This document shows positions 8,301-20,131 of a DNA stretch of 64,000 bases, piece after piece; position 1 is the stretch's first letter, and every line of letters starts with the position of its first letter. Origin of the DNA: an uncultured Candidatus Rokubacteria bacterium (lineage in GTDB: Bacteria > Methylomirabilota > Methylomirabilia > Rokubacteriales > DASRDR01). The notes beneath the pieces were generated by a model. That model was not told where the DNA came from, ran no database searches, and was given only the letters and a program-made list of their open reading frames with translations. The stretch lies in NCBI GenBank assembly GCA_963805625.1, contig CAWDVE010000013.1:256001-320000 (forward strand), read 5' to 3'. The translations under genes and the position numbers were made by a program.

Positions 8301-9562
8301 CGGCCAGCCTGCCACTCACGCTCGAGACCCTCGCGGAATCGAGGGTGAGCGATGCGGGTGAGTTCGCGGGCGCGCTGGCCGACGCTCAGGCCCCGCAGCT
8401 CGGCGCGTCCGAACTCGGTCACGACGCAGTCGACGAGGTGGCGCGGCGTCGTGACCGGCGTCCCGGCCGCGAGTTGGGTCACGATCCGCGAGACCTCCCC
8501 GCGCCGTCCGGTTGACGGCAGCGCGATCACCGACCGGTTCCCGCCGAGGGCCGCTCCCGCCACGAAGTCGAACTGGCCCCCGATCCCCGCCACCTGGCGT
8601 GCGCCGAGCGCCTCTGCATTCACCTGCCCCGTCAGATCGAGCTCGATCGCCGAGTTGATCGAGACGAATCGCTCGAGGGCGGCCACCGCCCGCGGATCGT
8701 GGATCGTCGTCGAGGGCTCCATGTACACGCGAGGGTTCTCGTGGACCCAGCGGAACAGCGGTTCGGTGCCCATGATCTCGCCGAGGTCGAGACACCCCGG
8801 ATGGCGGCGATTCCGCGCCCCGGTGATGACGCCGCGCTCCAGGAGCGGCAGCATGGCGTCGAACAGCGCCGAATGGACGCCGAGGTCCCGGTGGCCGCCC
8901 AGCCCCGAGACGATCGCCTCGGGCGTCGCGCCGATGCCCACCTGGATGGTCGCGCCGTCGGGCACGATCTCGGAAACGTGGGCGGCGATCCGCCGCTCCA
9001 CCTCCCCAATCGAGGGCGATGCGTATGGGACCAGCGGACGGTCGGTCTCGACCCAGGCTCCGACCCGGTCGAGGGCGATCGTGCTGTCCCCCAGGGTCCT
9101 CGGCATCCGCTGGTTGACCTCGGCGATCACGAACGGCGCCGTGCGCGCCACCGGCAGCAGGTAGCTCGTCGACACGCCGAGGGAGAGCCGGCCCGCGCCG
9201 TCGGGCGGCGCCGTCTGCAACAGGACCGCGTCGGCCGCCCAGGGCCCCGACGGCCCGAACGCCCACGGGGCGTCGAAGTAGCGGAGTGGGACGAACTCCG
9301 CCTGGTCCCGTGCAAGAGCGTCGCGGAGGGCGGGCATCGCGTGGAAGGTCACCCAGCGGAGGCGCCCATGGTGCTCCGGGGCGCAGAACGGATGCCCGCC
9401 CAGGTGGAGACCGCCCATGAGCGTCAGCGGCCGGAGGCGCTCCGCTTGACGCAAGATCTCGTCGATCAGCGGCGTCGGCTCCCCGCAGCCGGGTGGAACC
9501 AGGACACGCATGCCCGGACGCAGGCGCCCAATGGCCTCCTCGACGGTGACGGAGCCGGCCAC
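8297..9562 (-). CDS. Acetyl-CoA hydrolase/4-hydroxybutyrate CoA-transferase family protein
   Basis: 'IAEVNQRMPRT', 'DGATIQVGIG..P', 'SINSAIELDLTGQVNAE', 'GIGGQFDF', 'VVTEFGRAELRG'. Confidence 0.9.
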   Translation of the reverse strand: MAGSVTVEEAIGRLRPGMRVLVPPGCGEPTPLIDEILRQAERLRPLTLMGGLHLGGHPFCAPEHHGRLRWVTFHAMPALRDALARDQAEFVPLRYFDAPWAFGPSGPWAADAVLLQTAPPDGAGRLSLGVSTSYLLPVARTAPFVIAEVNQRMPRTLGDSTIALDRVGAWVETDRPLVPYASPSIGEVERRIAAHVSEIVPDGATIQVGIGATPEAIVSGLGGHRDLGVHSALFDAMLPLLERGVITGARNRRHPGCLDLGEIMGTEPLFRWVHENPRVYMEPSTTIHDPRAVAALERFVSINSAIELDLTGQVNAEALGARQVAGIGGQFDFVAGAALGGNRSVIALPSTGRRGEVSRIVTQLAAGTPVTTPRHLVDCVVTEFGRAELRGLSVGQRARELTRIAHPRFREGLEREWQAGR

Positions 9563-9579
9563 GCGACGCGAGGGCTGGC

Positions 9580-10779
9580 TCAGGCCGGCCCGGCCAGCGC
9601 TCGACGAAGACCGTCGAGCGTCAGGACGAGCGCGCGGAGACGCACCTGATGGAGATCGCCGCCGGGACGGTGCTGCGCTTCGCTGACGCGCTCGACCGTC
9701 GCCACCCCGATTCGGGTGGGATAGACGGGGTTCGGTCCCTCTCCCTCGGCATTCGCCATCACGAGCGCCGCGCCGACGTCGGTCCCTGCCCAGAGCCGGA
9801 CCGCGCGGGCCAGGTCAGCGGCTGACTCCGATGGCACGCCGAGCCGTCGTCGGGCCCCCTCCAGGGTGGTCACCAGGGTCTCGAGCCGGCTTGCCATCCC
9901 AGACACGCTCGTGAGCCGCTCCGACACGAGGCCGCCCGTTCCAACCTCGACCAGCCCGAGCGTCCGGCCCTGGTCGGCAAGCCGGGTCGCGACGGCGCCC
10001 TCCAGGCTCTCCCCGTCGGTGCCGAACACGGTATCTCCGAGCCGAGCGCAGATCTCGGCCTCTACCGGCGCAATCAAGGCGCGCGCCGCCGCTTCGTCCG
10101 ATCCCTTGGCCGCGATGCGGACGTCGACCTGGCCCGGATGGGCCATGGTCCCGACCGTGGGATTCGCGCCCTTGGTCATGAGGTCCGCCAGGAGCTCACC
10201 CACTCGGCTCTCGCCGAGCCCCGCCACACGCACCAGCCGCGACACGATCGCCGCCTGGAGCCCGTAGCGGGCTCGGACGTGCGGGAGGGCGCCGGTGCGC
10301 AACAGGTACTCCATCTCGCGGGGCACCCCCGGAAGAACGATGAGAGTGCGCTCCCCCTCCTCGAGGATGAAACAGGGAGCGGTACCCACCGGATTCGGCA
10401 GCGGGATGGCCCCGCGAGGGATGTAGGCCTGCTTCCGGTTCGAGGGCGACAGTGGCAGGCCCCGGACCTGGAAGAAGGCCTCGATCTGGCCCAGAAGCTC
10501 GGGGTGGAACTCCAGATCCCGGCCGGTGGCCCGCGCGACCGCCTCCCGGGTGATGTCGTCCTCGGTCGGCCCCAGTCCCCCGGTGGTGATCACGACGTCG
10601 GCTCGCCCGAGGGCTGTCTCCAGGGCGGCAGCCACCCGGCCGAGGTTGTCACCGACGGTGGTCTTCTGAAAGAGGTCGAGCCCGAGGGCGGCCAGCTGGC
10701 GAGCGATGAACGCGGCGTTGGTGTCGACGATCTGACCCAGGAGGAGTTCCGAGCCGACGCTGACGATCTCTGCGCGCAT
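9580..10779 (-). CDS. cinA: CinA-like protein (molybdopterin-binding/ADP-ribose pyrophosphatase domain plus degenerate PncC domain)
   Basis: 'VGSELLLGQIVDTN', 'TGGLGPTEDDITRE', 'NPVGTAP', 'LPGVPREM'; C-terminal 'VEVGTGGL' in place of AESCTGG. Confidence 0.85.
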   Translation of the reverse strand: MRAEIVSVGSELLLGQIVDTNAAFIARQLAALGLDLFQKTTVGDNLGRVAAALETALGRADVVITTGGLGPTEDDITREAVARATGRDLEFHPELLGQIEAFFQVRGLPLSPSNRKQAYIPRGAIPLPNPVGTAPCFILEEGERTLIVLPGVPREMEYLLRTGALPHVRARYGLQAAIVSRLVRVAGLGESRVGELLADLMTKGANPTVGTMAHPGQVDVRIAAKGSDEAAARALIAPVEAEICARLGDTVFGTDGESLEGAVATRLADQGRTLGLVEVGTGGLVSERLTSVSGMASRLETLVTTLEGARRRLGVPSESAADLARAVRLWAGTDVGAALVMANAEGEGPNPVYPTRIGVATVERVSEAQHRPGGDLHQVRLRALVLTLDGLRRALAGPA

Positions 10780-11076
10780 GGGGTCGCGCCGGCATGGTAG
10801 CACACCCCTTGTCCAGGGCCGGGGGGCCGCAGAAACCGGCTGGATGTTTGCACTTGGACGGTCTGACCGGGCTTCAGACTTACCGGGCTCCGAGGTCTTC
10901 TCGCGGGCCAGTCAGAATATTCGGTTGAATCCATACAGGGTTCCGGACCGTCACATAAACGAAGATGCGAAGCCTCGAAAAAGATGGCTCCGTGGAAACT
11001 TTCCGGGCACCTCATCCGTCTCATAGTGAGCACACGAGGGGAACCAGTCCGTACAGGGACCAGAGGAAGGTGAGCG

Positions 11077-12669
<1,593 letters not shown>

Positions 12670-12700
12670 ACGGGGGCCTGGCCCTCGCCCGGACCGTACC

Positions 12701-12734
12701 ACCGGCCGGCCAGTCCTCGGACTGGCCGGCCGGT
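12701..12734. terminator. Hairpin between the convergent sigma factor and BCCP genes
   Basis: ACCGGCCGGCCAGTC-CTCG-GACTGGCCGGCCGGT, a perfect 15-bp stem. Confidence 0.7.
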
Positions 12735-12740
12735 TCATTC

Positions 12741-12956
12741 TCAGCCCAGTGTCGCGACGACCTCCCCCTCCTGGACCGTCTGGCCCTCGCTCACTCGAAG
12801 CTCCTCCACGACGCCTGCGCGCGGTGCCTCGACGGGTATCTCCATCTTCATCGATTCCAGGATCAGGATCGGGTCGCCGGCCGCGACCGTGCTGCCCGCG
12901 CCGGCGACGATCTGAAACACCACGCCCGTGATGTGGGCGCACACGTCCTCTGCCAT
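12741..12956 (-). CDS. Small biotin carboxyl carrier protein (71 aa)
   Basis: [13 protein letters not shown]...[24 protein letters not shown]; biotinylation motif MKM. Confidence 0.88.
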   Translation of the reverse strand: MAEDVCAHITGVVFQIVAGAGSTVAAGDPILILESMKMEIPVEAPRAGVVEELRVSEGQTVQEGEVVATLG

Positions 12957-12960
12957 CGTC

Positions 12961-14295
12961 CTAAAGCCCTCCCTCGAGAAACCGCGTGTGCACCGCGCCC
13001 GCCCGGAACGCCGGATTGGACAGGATCCGCCGATGGAGGGGAAGGGTGGTCTTGACCCCTTCGACCCGGTAACGCTCGAGGGCATCCGTCATCCGGTCCA
13101 GCGCGTCGTCCCGATCCCGGCCTGCCCCGATGATCTTCGCGAGCAGCGGATCGTAGTGGACCGTGACCACGCTCCCCGGCTCCACTCCGCATTCGTGGCG
13201 AAGCCCGGGCCCTTCGGGGAGCTCGAGCGCCGTGACGGTTCCCGGGGATGGCAGGAAGCCTCGGTCCGGGTCCTCGGCATAGATCCGACACTCGACGGCC
13301 GCACCCCGCACCTGGATGTCCTCCTGAGCCCAGCCTAGGCGATCCCCCGCGGCGATCCGGAACTGGGCCTCGACGAGATCCCGCCCGACGACCTCCTCCG
13401 TCACGGGATGCTCCACCTGGAGCCGGGTGTTCATCTCGAGAAAGTAGAAGTGGTCCCCCTCGACCAGAAACTCGACGGTCCCGGCGTTCCGGTACCCGGC
13501 CGCGGCCGCCACGCGCACGCCCGCCACGTGAACCCGCGCCCGGAGGCCGGCGTCGAGCCGGGGCGCAGGCGACTCCTCGATGAGCTTCTGGTGCCGCCGC
13601 TGGATCGAGCAGTCACGCTCGAAGAGGTGGATCAGTGCGCCGTGCTCGTCACCGAGCACCTGGACCTCGACGTGCCGGGGCCGCTCGACGGCCCGCTCGA
13701 CGTAGACTGCCGCGTCCCCGAAGGCGGACCCGGCGCGCCGCTCTGCGGCGGCGAACGCCGCGTCGAGCCGTTCCGGGCCGGGAACGAGCGCCATACCGAT
13801 CCCGCCTCCGCCGGCGGCGGCCTTCAGCATGACCGGATAGCCGATCGCATCGGCGATCTCGCGGGCCGCCCCCGCGCTCGCGACAGGACCGTCCGATCCG
13901 GGCAGTACCGCAACGCCCGCCCGGGCGACGAGGCGACGCGCCTCCGTCTTCTGGCCCATCATCCTGAGCACGTCGGGAGGCGGACCCACGAAGGTGAGGC
14001 CGACTTTCAGGCAGGCCTCGGCGAACCGCCAGTTCTCCGACAGGAATCCGTACCCCGGATGGACGGCGTCCGCCCCAGCGTCCCGAGCCGCCCCCACCAC
14101 GCGCTCGATCGAGAGGTAGCTCTCGCGTGCGGGCGCCGGGCCGATCGGGAACGCCTGGTCGGCCGCCCGGACGTGGGGCGCACGGGCGTCCGCCTCCGAG
14201 TACACCGCGACCGGACGGATCCCGAGCTTTCGGCAGGCCCGGATGATCCGGAGCGCGATCTCGCCACGATTGGCCACCAGCACGGTGCCGAACAG
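12961..14295 (-). CDS. Biotin carboxylase subunit (probable CTG start)
   Basis: '[10 protein letters not shown]', '[10 protein letters not shown]', '[11 protein letters not shown]', '[11 protein letters not shown]', '[16 protein letters not shown]', 'CRIYAED', 'YDPLLAK'; GGAGG 7 nt before CTG-TTC-GGC. Confidence 0.92.
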   Translation of the reverse strand: MFGTVLVANRGEIALRIIRACRKLGIRPVAVYSEADARAPHVRAADQAFPIGPAPARESYLSIERVVGAARDAGADAVHPGYGFLSENWRFAEACLKVGLTFVGPPPDVLRMMGQKTEARRLVARAGVAVLPGSDGPVASAGAAREIADAIGYPVMLKAAAGGGGIGMALVPGPERLDAAFAAAERRAGSAFGDAAVYVERAVERPRHVEVQVLGDEHGALIHLFERDCSIQRRHQKLIEESPAPRLDAGLRARVHVAGVRVAAAAGYRNAGTVEFLVEGDHFYFLEMNTRLQVEHPVTEEVVGRDLVEAQFRIAAGDRLGWAQEDIQVRGAAVECRIYAEDPDRGFLPSPGTVTALELPEGPGLRHECGVEPGSVVTVHYDPLLAKIIGAGRDRDDALDRMTDALERYRVEGVKTTLPLHRRILSNPAFRAGAVHTRFLEGGL

Positions 14296-14297
14296 GA

Positions 14298-14666
14298 TCA
14301 GACCTCCCCGGGCCGGGACGCGGGCCTTGGCGCGCCGGCGGGCTCGCCCTCCACCCGGGTGACCTCCGCCTCGCGGATGCGCCAACGCCCGCCGGCCCCG
14401 GCGGCCCATCGGGCCTGCACTACCAGGGTCGTCGGCCCCACAAACTTGGTCTTGAAGATGTGGTGGGCTCCGATCCGGGCGTGAGCAACCAGCTCGAACC
14501 CCTTGAACGGGTGCCCCAGCAGCCACTCGACGAGATGCGGCGGCGTGACATCAGCTCCGGGGGCGAGGTCCTCGCGTGCCTGCAGGTCACGGCGGACGAC
14601 ATGCTCGGCGTGGCTCCGGGCCGCCTGCTCCGGCCCGGTTCCCTCGCCCAGCCGGCTCTCGCTCAC
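14298..14666 (-). CDS. Hypothetical protein (122 aa, possibly NTF2/SnoaL-like)
   Basis: Translationally coupled to both neighbours; helix followed by beta strands ending 'QARW...GRWRIREAEV'. Confidence 0.6.
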   Translation of the reverse strand: MSESRLGEGTGPEQAARSHAEHVVRRDLQAREDLAPGADVTPPHLVEWLLGHPFKGFELVAHARIGAHHIFKTKFVGPTTLVVQARWAAGAGGRWRIREAEVTRVEGEPAGAPRPASRPGEV

Positions 14667-15268
14667 GCCAGGCTCCCAGTCACCCCGCCGGAGGCGTCCA
14701 GCTTGTCGCGCAGCTCGCGCTCCCAGGCCGCGATCCGCGCGCGCGCGCCTGGTGTCTGTGCGAGCGCATCCAGCACGGCCTCTCCGTCACTCATATGGCG
14801 ACGCTCGTCGGCGAGGCACCGCTCCAGGATCCGTCGCGTGGGAGGCTCGTACACGGGGTTGACCCGGTCGAGGTGGGCGGCGTAGACGGCGACCAGGTGC
14901 GGCTTCAGGACCCGATACACCCCGGTCAGCCGCTCGATCGTCTCCGCCCAAGCCTCGGGTCCCTCGAGCGCGTCCAGGAAGCGCACGAACTCAGGACCCG
15001 GCGGCTCGGACACCTGCGCCGGAGCTCGCAGCTCGGGCAGCCGTTTCCCCCACTGGTCCGCGTGCTGGGCACAGTCCCACACCTGGCGGCCGAACAGCAG
15101 CTTCGCGGGAACCTCTGGCGTGAGGGCGATCCAGCCGGCCATCACGCGCATCATCCGCTCTTCGGCGTAGCGGTAGCGGCGGACGCGGCGGGCAGTGGCT
15201 TCGACGCCCAGGTGGCCGGCCAGCTCCCGGCCGGGCTGGTCCGCGGGCGAGGGCGTGACCCCGGTCAC
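14663..15268 (-). CDS. Ferritin-like (PaaA/PaaC-like) protein
   Basis: 'EE..RVMAGWIALTPEVPAKLLFGRQVWDCAQH' resembles the PaaA pattern E..W...P...K......D...H; second motif DERRH. Confidence 0.6.
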   Translation of the reverse strand: MTGVTPSPADQPGRELAGHLGVEATARRVRRYRYAEERMMRVMAGWIALTPEVPAKLLFGRQVWDCAQHADQWGKRLPELRAPAQVSEPPGPEFVRFLDALEGPEAWAETIERLTGVYRVLKPHLVAVYAAHLDRVNPVYEPPTRRILERCLADERRHMSDGEAVLDALAQTPGARARIAAWERELRDKLDASGGVTGSLA

Positions 15269-15271
15269 GGG

Positions 15272-16027
15272 CTAGTAGACGGGACTGCGTTGCGTGCTCT
15301 TGACGAGCCGATCGATCTCCTCGTCGGTGAAGCCGGCGAGCCTCCGGTACTCGGTCGCGATCGCGATCGGCACCTGGTCGGCCGGTCCCTCCCGGCGCAT
15401 GCCGCCGAGGTTGAACCGGTCGTCGATTGACTCCTGGAACTCGACAGCCCGCCGACGGCGCTCCGGATCGCCCTCGGTCAGCTTGTTCAGCCAGTAGGAG
15501 CCCATCCGCACGTGGGTGATCTCGTCGGCCAGCACGTAGTCCACCGACTGGGCGATCGTCGGATCCGGCAGGCGGCGGGCGATCTCGACCAGCTGGACGA
15601 ACACGTCACAGGCGAGCCCCTCGAGCCCCCGGTTGACGCCCGCCACGCGCGCCGCGGCGTCCTCCGCGCAGGCGCACCGCCAGAGAATCGTCGTCTCGGG
15701 GAACTCGCCGATGTAGCCGCCCAGGTGCTCCAGCAAGCGGCTGAACACCTCGACGTGGCGCGACTCGTCCCAGGTCTGGCGCGCCATGTCCATCGTGAAC
15801 TCCCACGGCGCATCGGGAAAGTCGTAGACCGTGCGGCCCGCGCCCTCCATCGCCTGGAGCTCGCCGACGAGGATCCCGTGGATGCGCTCCCGGATCGACT
15901 CCACCGACGACAGATCCGGCATGCGTGGCAGACCCTGCTCGGCCCGGATCTCCCCGACCCTGCGCGCGCGCATCCGGACGAATCGGTCCTCCCGCGCCAG
16001 CTTGTCGTAGGCGATCGGCCGCTCCAT
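15272..16027 (-). CDS. Ferritin-like diiron protein (DUF455-like)
   Basis: Full E / DESRH / E / DEITH ligand pattern ('GELQAME', 'DESRH', 'LEGLACD', 'DEITHV..G..W'). Confidence 0.75.
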   Translation of the reverse strand: MERPIAYDKLAREDRFVRMRARRVGEIRAEQGLPRMPDLSSVESIRERIHGILVGELQAMEGAGRTVYDFPDAPWEFTMDMARQTWDESRHVEVFSRLLEHLGGYIGEFPETTILWRCACAEDAAARVAGVNRGLEGLACDVFVQLVEIARRLPDPTIAQSVDYVLADEITHVRMGSYWLNKLTEGDPERRRRAVEFQESIDDRFNLGGMRREGPADQVPIAIATEYRRLAGFTDEEIDRLVKSTQRSPVY

Positions 16028-16092
16028 GCCGGGGATTCTACCCCACGGGCCCGGTGGCGCCTAGGTCGGCCAGGACAGGACGTCCTCGCCCG

Positions 16093-17358
16093 TCACCGGC
16101 TCTCTCGTGACCGGGCTCGCCGCCGCGCCGCCTCGAGAAGGGTGCCCCGGACGAGGGCCTGCGGCCCGAAGCGCGTGCGGACCTCGTCGGTGACGCGACC
16201 CAGCCGATCCGTGCGGTCCGGCTGGCCGAGCAGGGGGAGCTGCTGCGGGTCGGCGGCGCTCGCGAAGCCCGACACGGACAGGCCGATCAGCCGGATGGCC
16301 TGGGGTCGAGGAACCTTGGAAAACGCAGCCCAGACCCGCCGGAAGATCTCCCCGCCGTCCGAGGTGGGTGCCTCCCCGGTCCCCCGACGGGTGAGCGTGT
16401 GGAAGTCCGCGAACCGGAGCTTGAGCGTGACGGTGCGACCGCGAAGCCCGGCCGCGCGCAGCTCGGCCGCCACCCGGTCCGCCTGGGCCAGGAGAGTCGC
16501 CCGGAGGAGTCCGACGTCCCGCGTGTCGCGCCCGAACGTCTCCTCCGCACCGACGGACTTCGGATCGTGCCACGGGACCACGGGGCGCTCGTCGATCCCC
16601 TGGGCCAGCTCGAAGAGGTGCGCGCCGGAGGCGCCCAGCCGGGCCTCGAGCCGCCCCCGACCCAGGCGGACCAGATCCCCGATCGTGCGAACTCCGAGGG
16701 CGGCAAGCTCCTGCTCCGCCGCCGGGCCCACGCCCCAGAGCCGGCGCAGCGGCAGATCGCGCAGGAAGGCCGCCTCCTGGCCCGGCTCAACCACGACCAA
16801 GCCGTCCGGCTTCTCCAGGTCGGAGGCGATCTTCGCGACGAACTTGTTCGGGGCGACGCCCGCCGACGCGGTCAGTCCCACTTCGTCCCGGATCCGCGCC
16901 TTGATCCGGCGCGCGATCTCCACGCCGGTGCCGTGGAGTGCTCGCGAGCCGGTGACGTCCAGGAATGCCTCGTCCAGGGACAGGGGCTCGACCAGAGGGG
17001 TGAAGTCCCCGAGGATCGCCATGATCCGCTCGGACTCCCGCGCGTACTTGTCCATGTCCACCGGCAGGAAGGCAGCCGTCGGGCACAGGCGGTAGGCGCG
17101 CCCGATGGGCATCGCCGAGTGGATCCCGAACCGGCGCGCCTCGTAGGACGCCGCGGAGACCACGCCCCGTCCGCGGGGGTCGGCGCCCACCACGACCGGC
17201 CGCCCGCGAACCTCGGGCCGGTCGCGCTGCTCCACGGACGCGTAGAAGGCGTCCATGTCGACGTGGAGGATCACCCGCGAGGCGCGCGCCTCGCGCCCGG
17301 CCCCCGCGCGGCCGGTGGTCAGTGACCGGCGGGACGGCGCGCCCGAAGCCCCCGCCAC
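16093..17358 (-). CDS. dinB: DNA polymerase IV (start uncertain, possibly GTG at 17274)
   Basis: 'ILHVDMDAFYASVE', 'SAASYEARRFG', 'SLDEAFLD', 'AKIASDLEKPDG', little-finger 'VTLKLRFADF'. Confidence 0.93.
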   Translation of the reverse strand: MAGASGAPSRRSLTTGRAGAGREARASRVILHVDMDAFYASVEQRDRPEVRGRPVVVGADPRGRGVVSAASYEARRFGIHSAMPIGRAYRLCPTAAFLPVDMDKYARESERIMAILGDFTPLVEPLSLDEAFLDVTGSRALHGTGVEIARRIKARIRDEVGLTASAGVAPNKFVAKIASDLEKPDGLVVVEPGQEAAFLRDLPLRRLWGVGPAAEQELAALGVRTIGDLVRLGRGRLEARLGASGAHLFELAQGIDERPVVPWHDPKSVGAEETFGRDTRDVGLLRATLLAQADRVAAELRAAGLRGRTVTLKLRFADFHTLTRRGTGEAPTSDGGEIFRRVWAAFSKVPRPQAIRLIGLSVSGFASAADPQQLPLLGQPDRTDRLGRVTDEVRTRFGPQALVRGTLLEAARRRARSRESR

Positions 17359-17413
17359 AGCGACAGAAACCTCGCGGACGACACCTTCGCGGCAGGTCGT
17401 GGGATTGCCCGGA

Positions 17414-18083
<670 letters not shown>

Positions 18084-18091
<8 letters not shown>

Positions 18092-18470
18092 GCTTCGCCT
18101 CCCGGAGCCCGCCCGTCCGGTAGTGCCGGAGGGCGCTCCTGAGCGCGTCCACGACCATGGTAGCCGCGTGACGCCGATCCTCCGGCAGCCCCCCGAGCGC
18201 CGATTCGACGGCCTCGGGTGTCAGCTCGCCCAGCGCCTCGATGGGCCGATCGCGCACCAGCTCGGTCGCGATGCTCGAGGCCGCGATCGACGGACCGCAG
18301 CCGTAGGTCTGGAACCGCGCTTCCCGGATCCGGTCACCCTCGATGCGAAGGTAGAAGCGCGCCAGGTCTCCGCAGCTCGGATCCTCGCTCTCTCCCACCG
18401 CATCCGGGCTCCGCATCATCCCGACGTTCCGGGGCGCGCGGAAGTGGTCCAGGAGCGTCTCGCTGTACAT
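18084..18470 (-). CDS. NifU/IscU-like Fe-S scaffold (second copy, only two conserved Cys)
   Basis: '[14 protein letters not shown]', 'CGD', 'GCG'; the third Cys position reads HAA rather than HCS. Confidence 0.85.
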
Positions 18471-18506
18471 CGTACCGTGGACGGCCGGCTACACCGTCTC
18501 TCTCCG

Positions 18507-19661
18507 TCAGGCCGCCCCGGCGGGCGACATGGCCCGGATCCGCTGAACAAGAGCCGGCAGGACGTCGAGGACGTAGTCGATCTCCTCGGCCGTCGTGCCC
18601 GCCCCAAGCGAGGTCCTGACGGCGCCGAGCGCCCAGTCGACGGGGATGCCCATGGCGGTGATCACGTACGAGGGCTCGAGGCTCCCGGAGGTGCACGCCG
18701 AGCCCGCGGAGACCCCGATGCCCTTGAGGTCGAGCCCCAGGATGAGCGACTCCGCCTCGAGGCCGCGGAAGCTCATGTTCAGTGTGCCAGGTAGGCGACG
18801 CGTAGGATGACCGTTGAGCCGCACGTCCGGCACGGCTTGCCGCACCCCGTCCCACAGCCGATCGCGCAGGTCGGTCACGCGGAGAGCCTCCTCGGCCATG
18901 TAGCGCGCCCGGAGCTCGACCGCCTTGCCAAACCCCACGATGCCGGGCACGTGCTCGGTCCCGGCCCGCCGCCGCCGCTCGTGGTCGCCGCCGTGCTGGA
19001 CGGACACCATGCGGGTGCCCTTGCCGATGTAGAGCGCGCCGATGCCCTTCGGCCCGTAGATCTTGTGCGCCGACATCGACATGAGGGTGATCCCGGATTC
19101 CCGTGGAAACAGGGGCAGCTTCCCAAACGTCTGGACCCCGTCGGAGTGGAGCGGGATGCTTCGCTCCGCCGCGATTCGCCCGATCGCCTCGATCGGCATC
19201 AGCGTTCCAGTCTCGCTGTTCGCCGTCTGGATCGAGATCAGGATCGTGTCCGGACGGAGCGCGCGCCGCACGTCGTCCGGATCCACCAGACCCTCGCCGT
19301 CGACGGGCAGGTACGTCACGGCGTGGCCGACCTGCTCCAGCGCCTGACAGGTACGCAAGAGGGCATGATGCTCGACCACGGTCGTGACGATGTGGCCCCC
19401 CGGACGGGCGCCCGCAACACCCTTGACCGCCAGGTTGTCTGATTCGGTGCCGCCGGACGTGAACACGATCTCCTCCGGCGTGACCCCGAGGAAGCCTGCG
19501 ATGCTCTCGCGCGCGGCGTCGATGCCGTCACGAGCCTCCCGCCCGAAGCTGTGGATGCTCGAGGCATTGCCGAAGCGCTGCGAGAAGTAGGGCAGCATCG
19601 CCGTCAGGACGTCGGGGTGGACGGGGGTCGAGGCGTTGTGATCGAGATAGACGCGTCGCAT
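18507..19661 (-). CDS. Cysteine desulfurase (NifS/IscS type, second copy)
   Basis: 'YLDHNASTP', 'TSGGTESDN', PLP Lys 'SAHKIYGPKG', catalytic 'SAGSACTS'. Confidence 0.92.
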   Translation of the reverse strand: MRRVYLDHNASTPVHPDVLTAMLPYFSQRFGNASSIHSFGREARDGIDAARESIAGFLGVTPEEIVFTSGGTESDNLAVKGVAGARPGGHIVTTVVEHHALLRTCQALEQVGHAVTYLPVDGEGLVDPDDVRRALRPDTILISIQTANSETGTLMPIEAIGRIAAERSIPLHSDGVQTFGKLPLFPRESGITLMSMSAHKIYGPKGIGALYIGKGTRMVSVQHGGDHERRRRAGTEHVPGIVGFGKAVELRARYMAEEALRVTDLRDRLWDGVRQAVPDVRLNGHPTRRLPGTLNMSFRGLEAESLILGLDLKGIGVSAGSACTSGSLEPSYVITAMGIPVDWALGAVRTSLGAGTTAEEIDYVLDVLPALVQRIRAMSPAGAA

Positions 19662-19727
19662 GACGTTCCTCACCTCGTGACGCGGCTGGCCCGCTGCCGC
19701 GCAAGCGCCCGCGGAGGGCTCGGCGCG

Positions 19728-19756
19728 TTGACAGCGTACCGACCGGATGCTAGCGT
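19728..19756 (+). promoter_or_regulatory. Putative sigma70 promoter giving a near-leaderless dsrE-like mRNA
   Basis: TTGACA-N17-TAGCGT with TGn extension; ATG only 9 nt downstream and no SD sequence. Confidence 0.55.
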
Positions 19757-19765
19757 TAGCGCGCA

Positions 19766-20104
19766 ATGAGCGGCGAGGTCGCGAGCCAGGATCTGCGCGG
19801 CCGCAAGCTCGGGATGCTCCTCTCCACCGACCCGCGGCACCCCAACCTCGAGACCGGTCTCGGCCTCGCCCGGGCGGCGCTGGATCGCGGCGTGGATCTC
19901 TACCTCTACATGGTCGACGACGGTGTCCGCAACATCGACGACGAGCGCGTGCTCGAGCTCGGCCGCCGTGGCGCGAAGCTCTTCGTATGCGCCTACGGCT
20001 GCCAGCGACGGCGCCTGCCCATCACGGACAAGGCGACGTACTGCGGTCTCGTCGTCCTCACCGATCTCATCAATGGCACCGAGCGCTTCGTCGCGCTCAA
20101 CTGA
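19766..20104 (+). CDS. DsrE/TusD-like sulfur relay protein
   Basis: 'LARAALDRG..LYLYMVDDGV', 'LFVCAYGCQRR', 'GL..L..LI...ERFV'. Confidence 0.8.
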   Translation: MSGEVASQDLRGRKLGMLLSTDPRHPNLETGLGLARAALDRGVDLYLYMVDDGVRNIDDERVLELGRRGAKLFVCAYGCQRRRLPITDKATYCGLVVLTDLINGTERFVALN

Positions 20105-20131
20105 CCCGGCCCGCAAGACCGTCGACGTCAC

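Noticed and set aside
7797-8315. 172-aa minus-strand ORF filling the gap between the CoA-transferase and ribokinase
   Set aside because: It is the antisense shadow of the plus-strand selenoprotein gene, which has an RBS, a promoter and family motifs.
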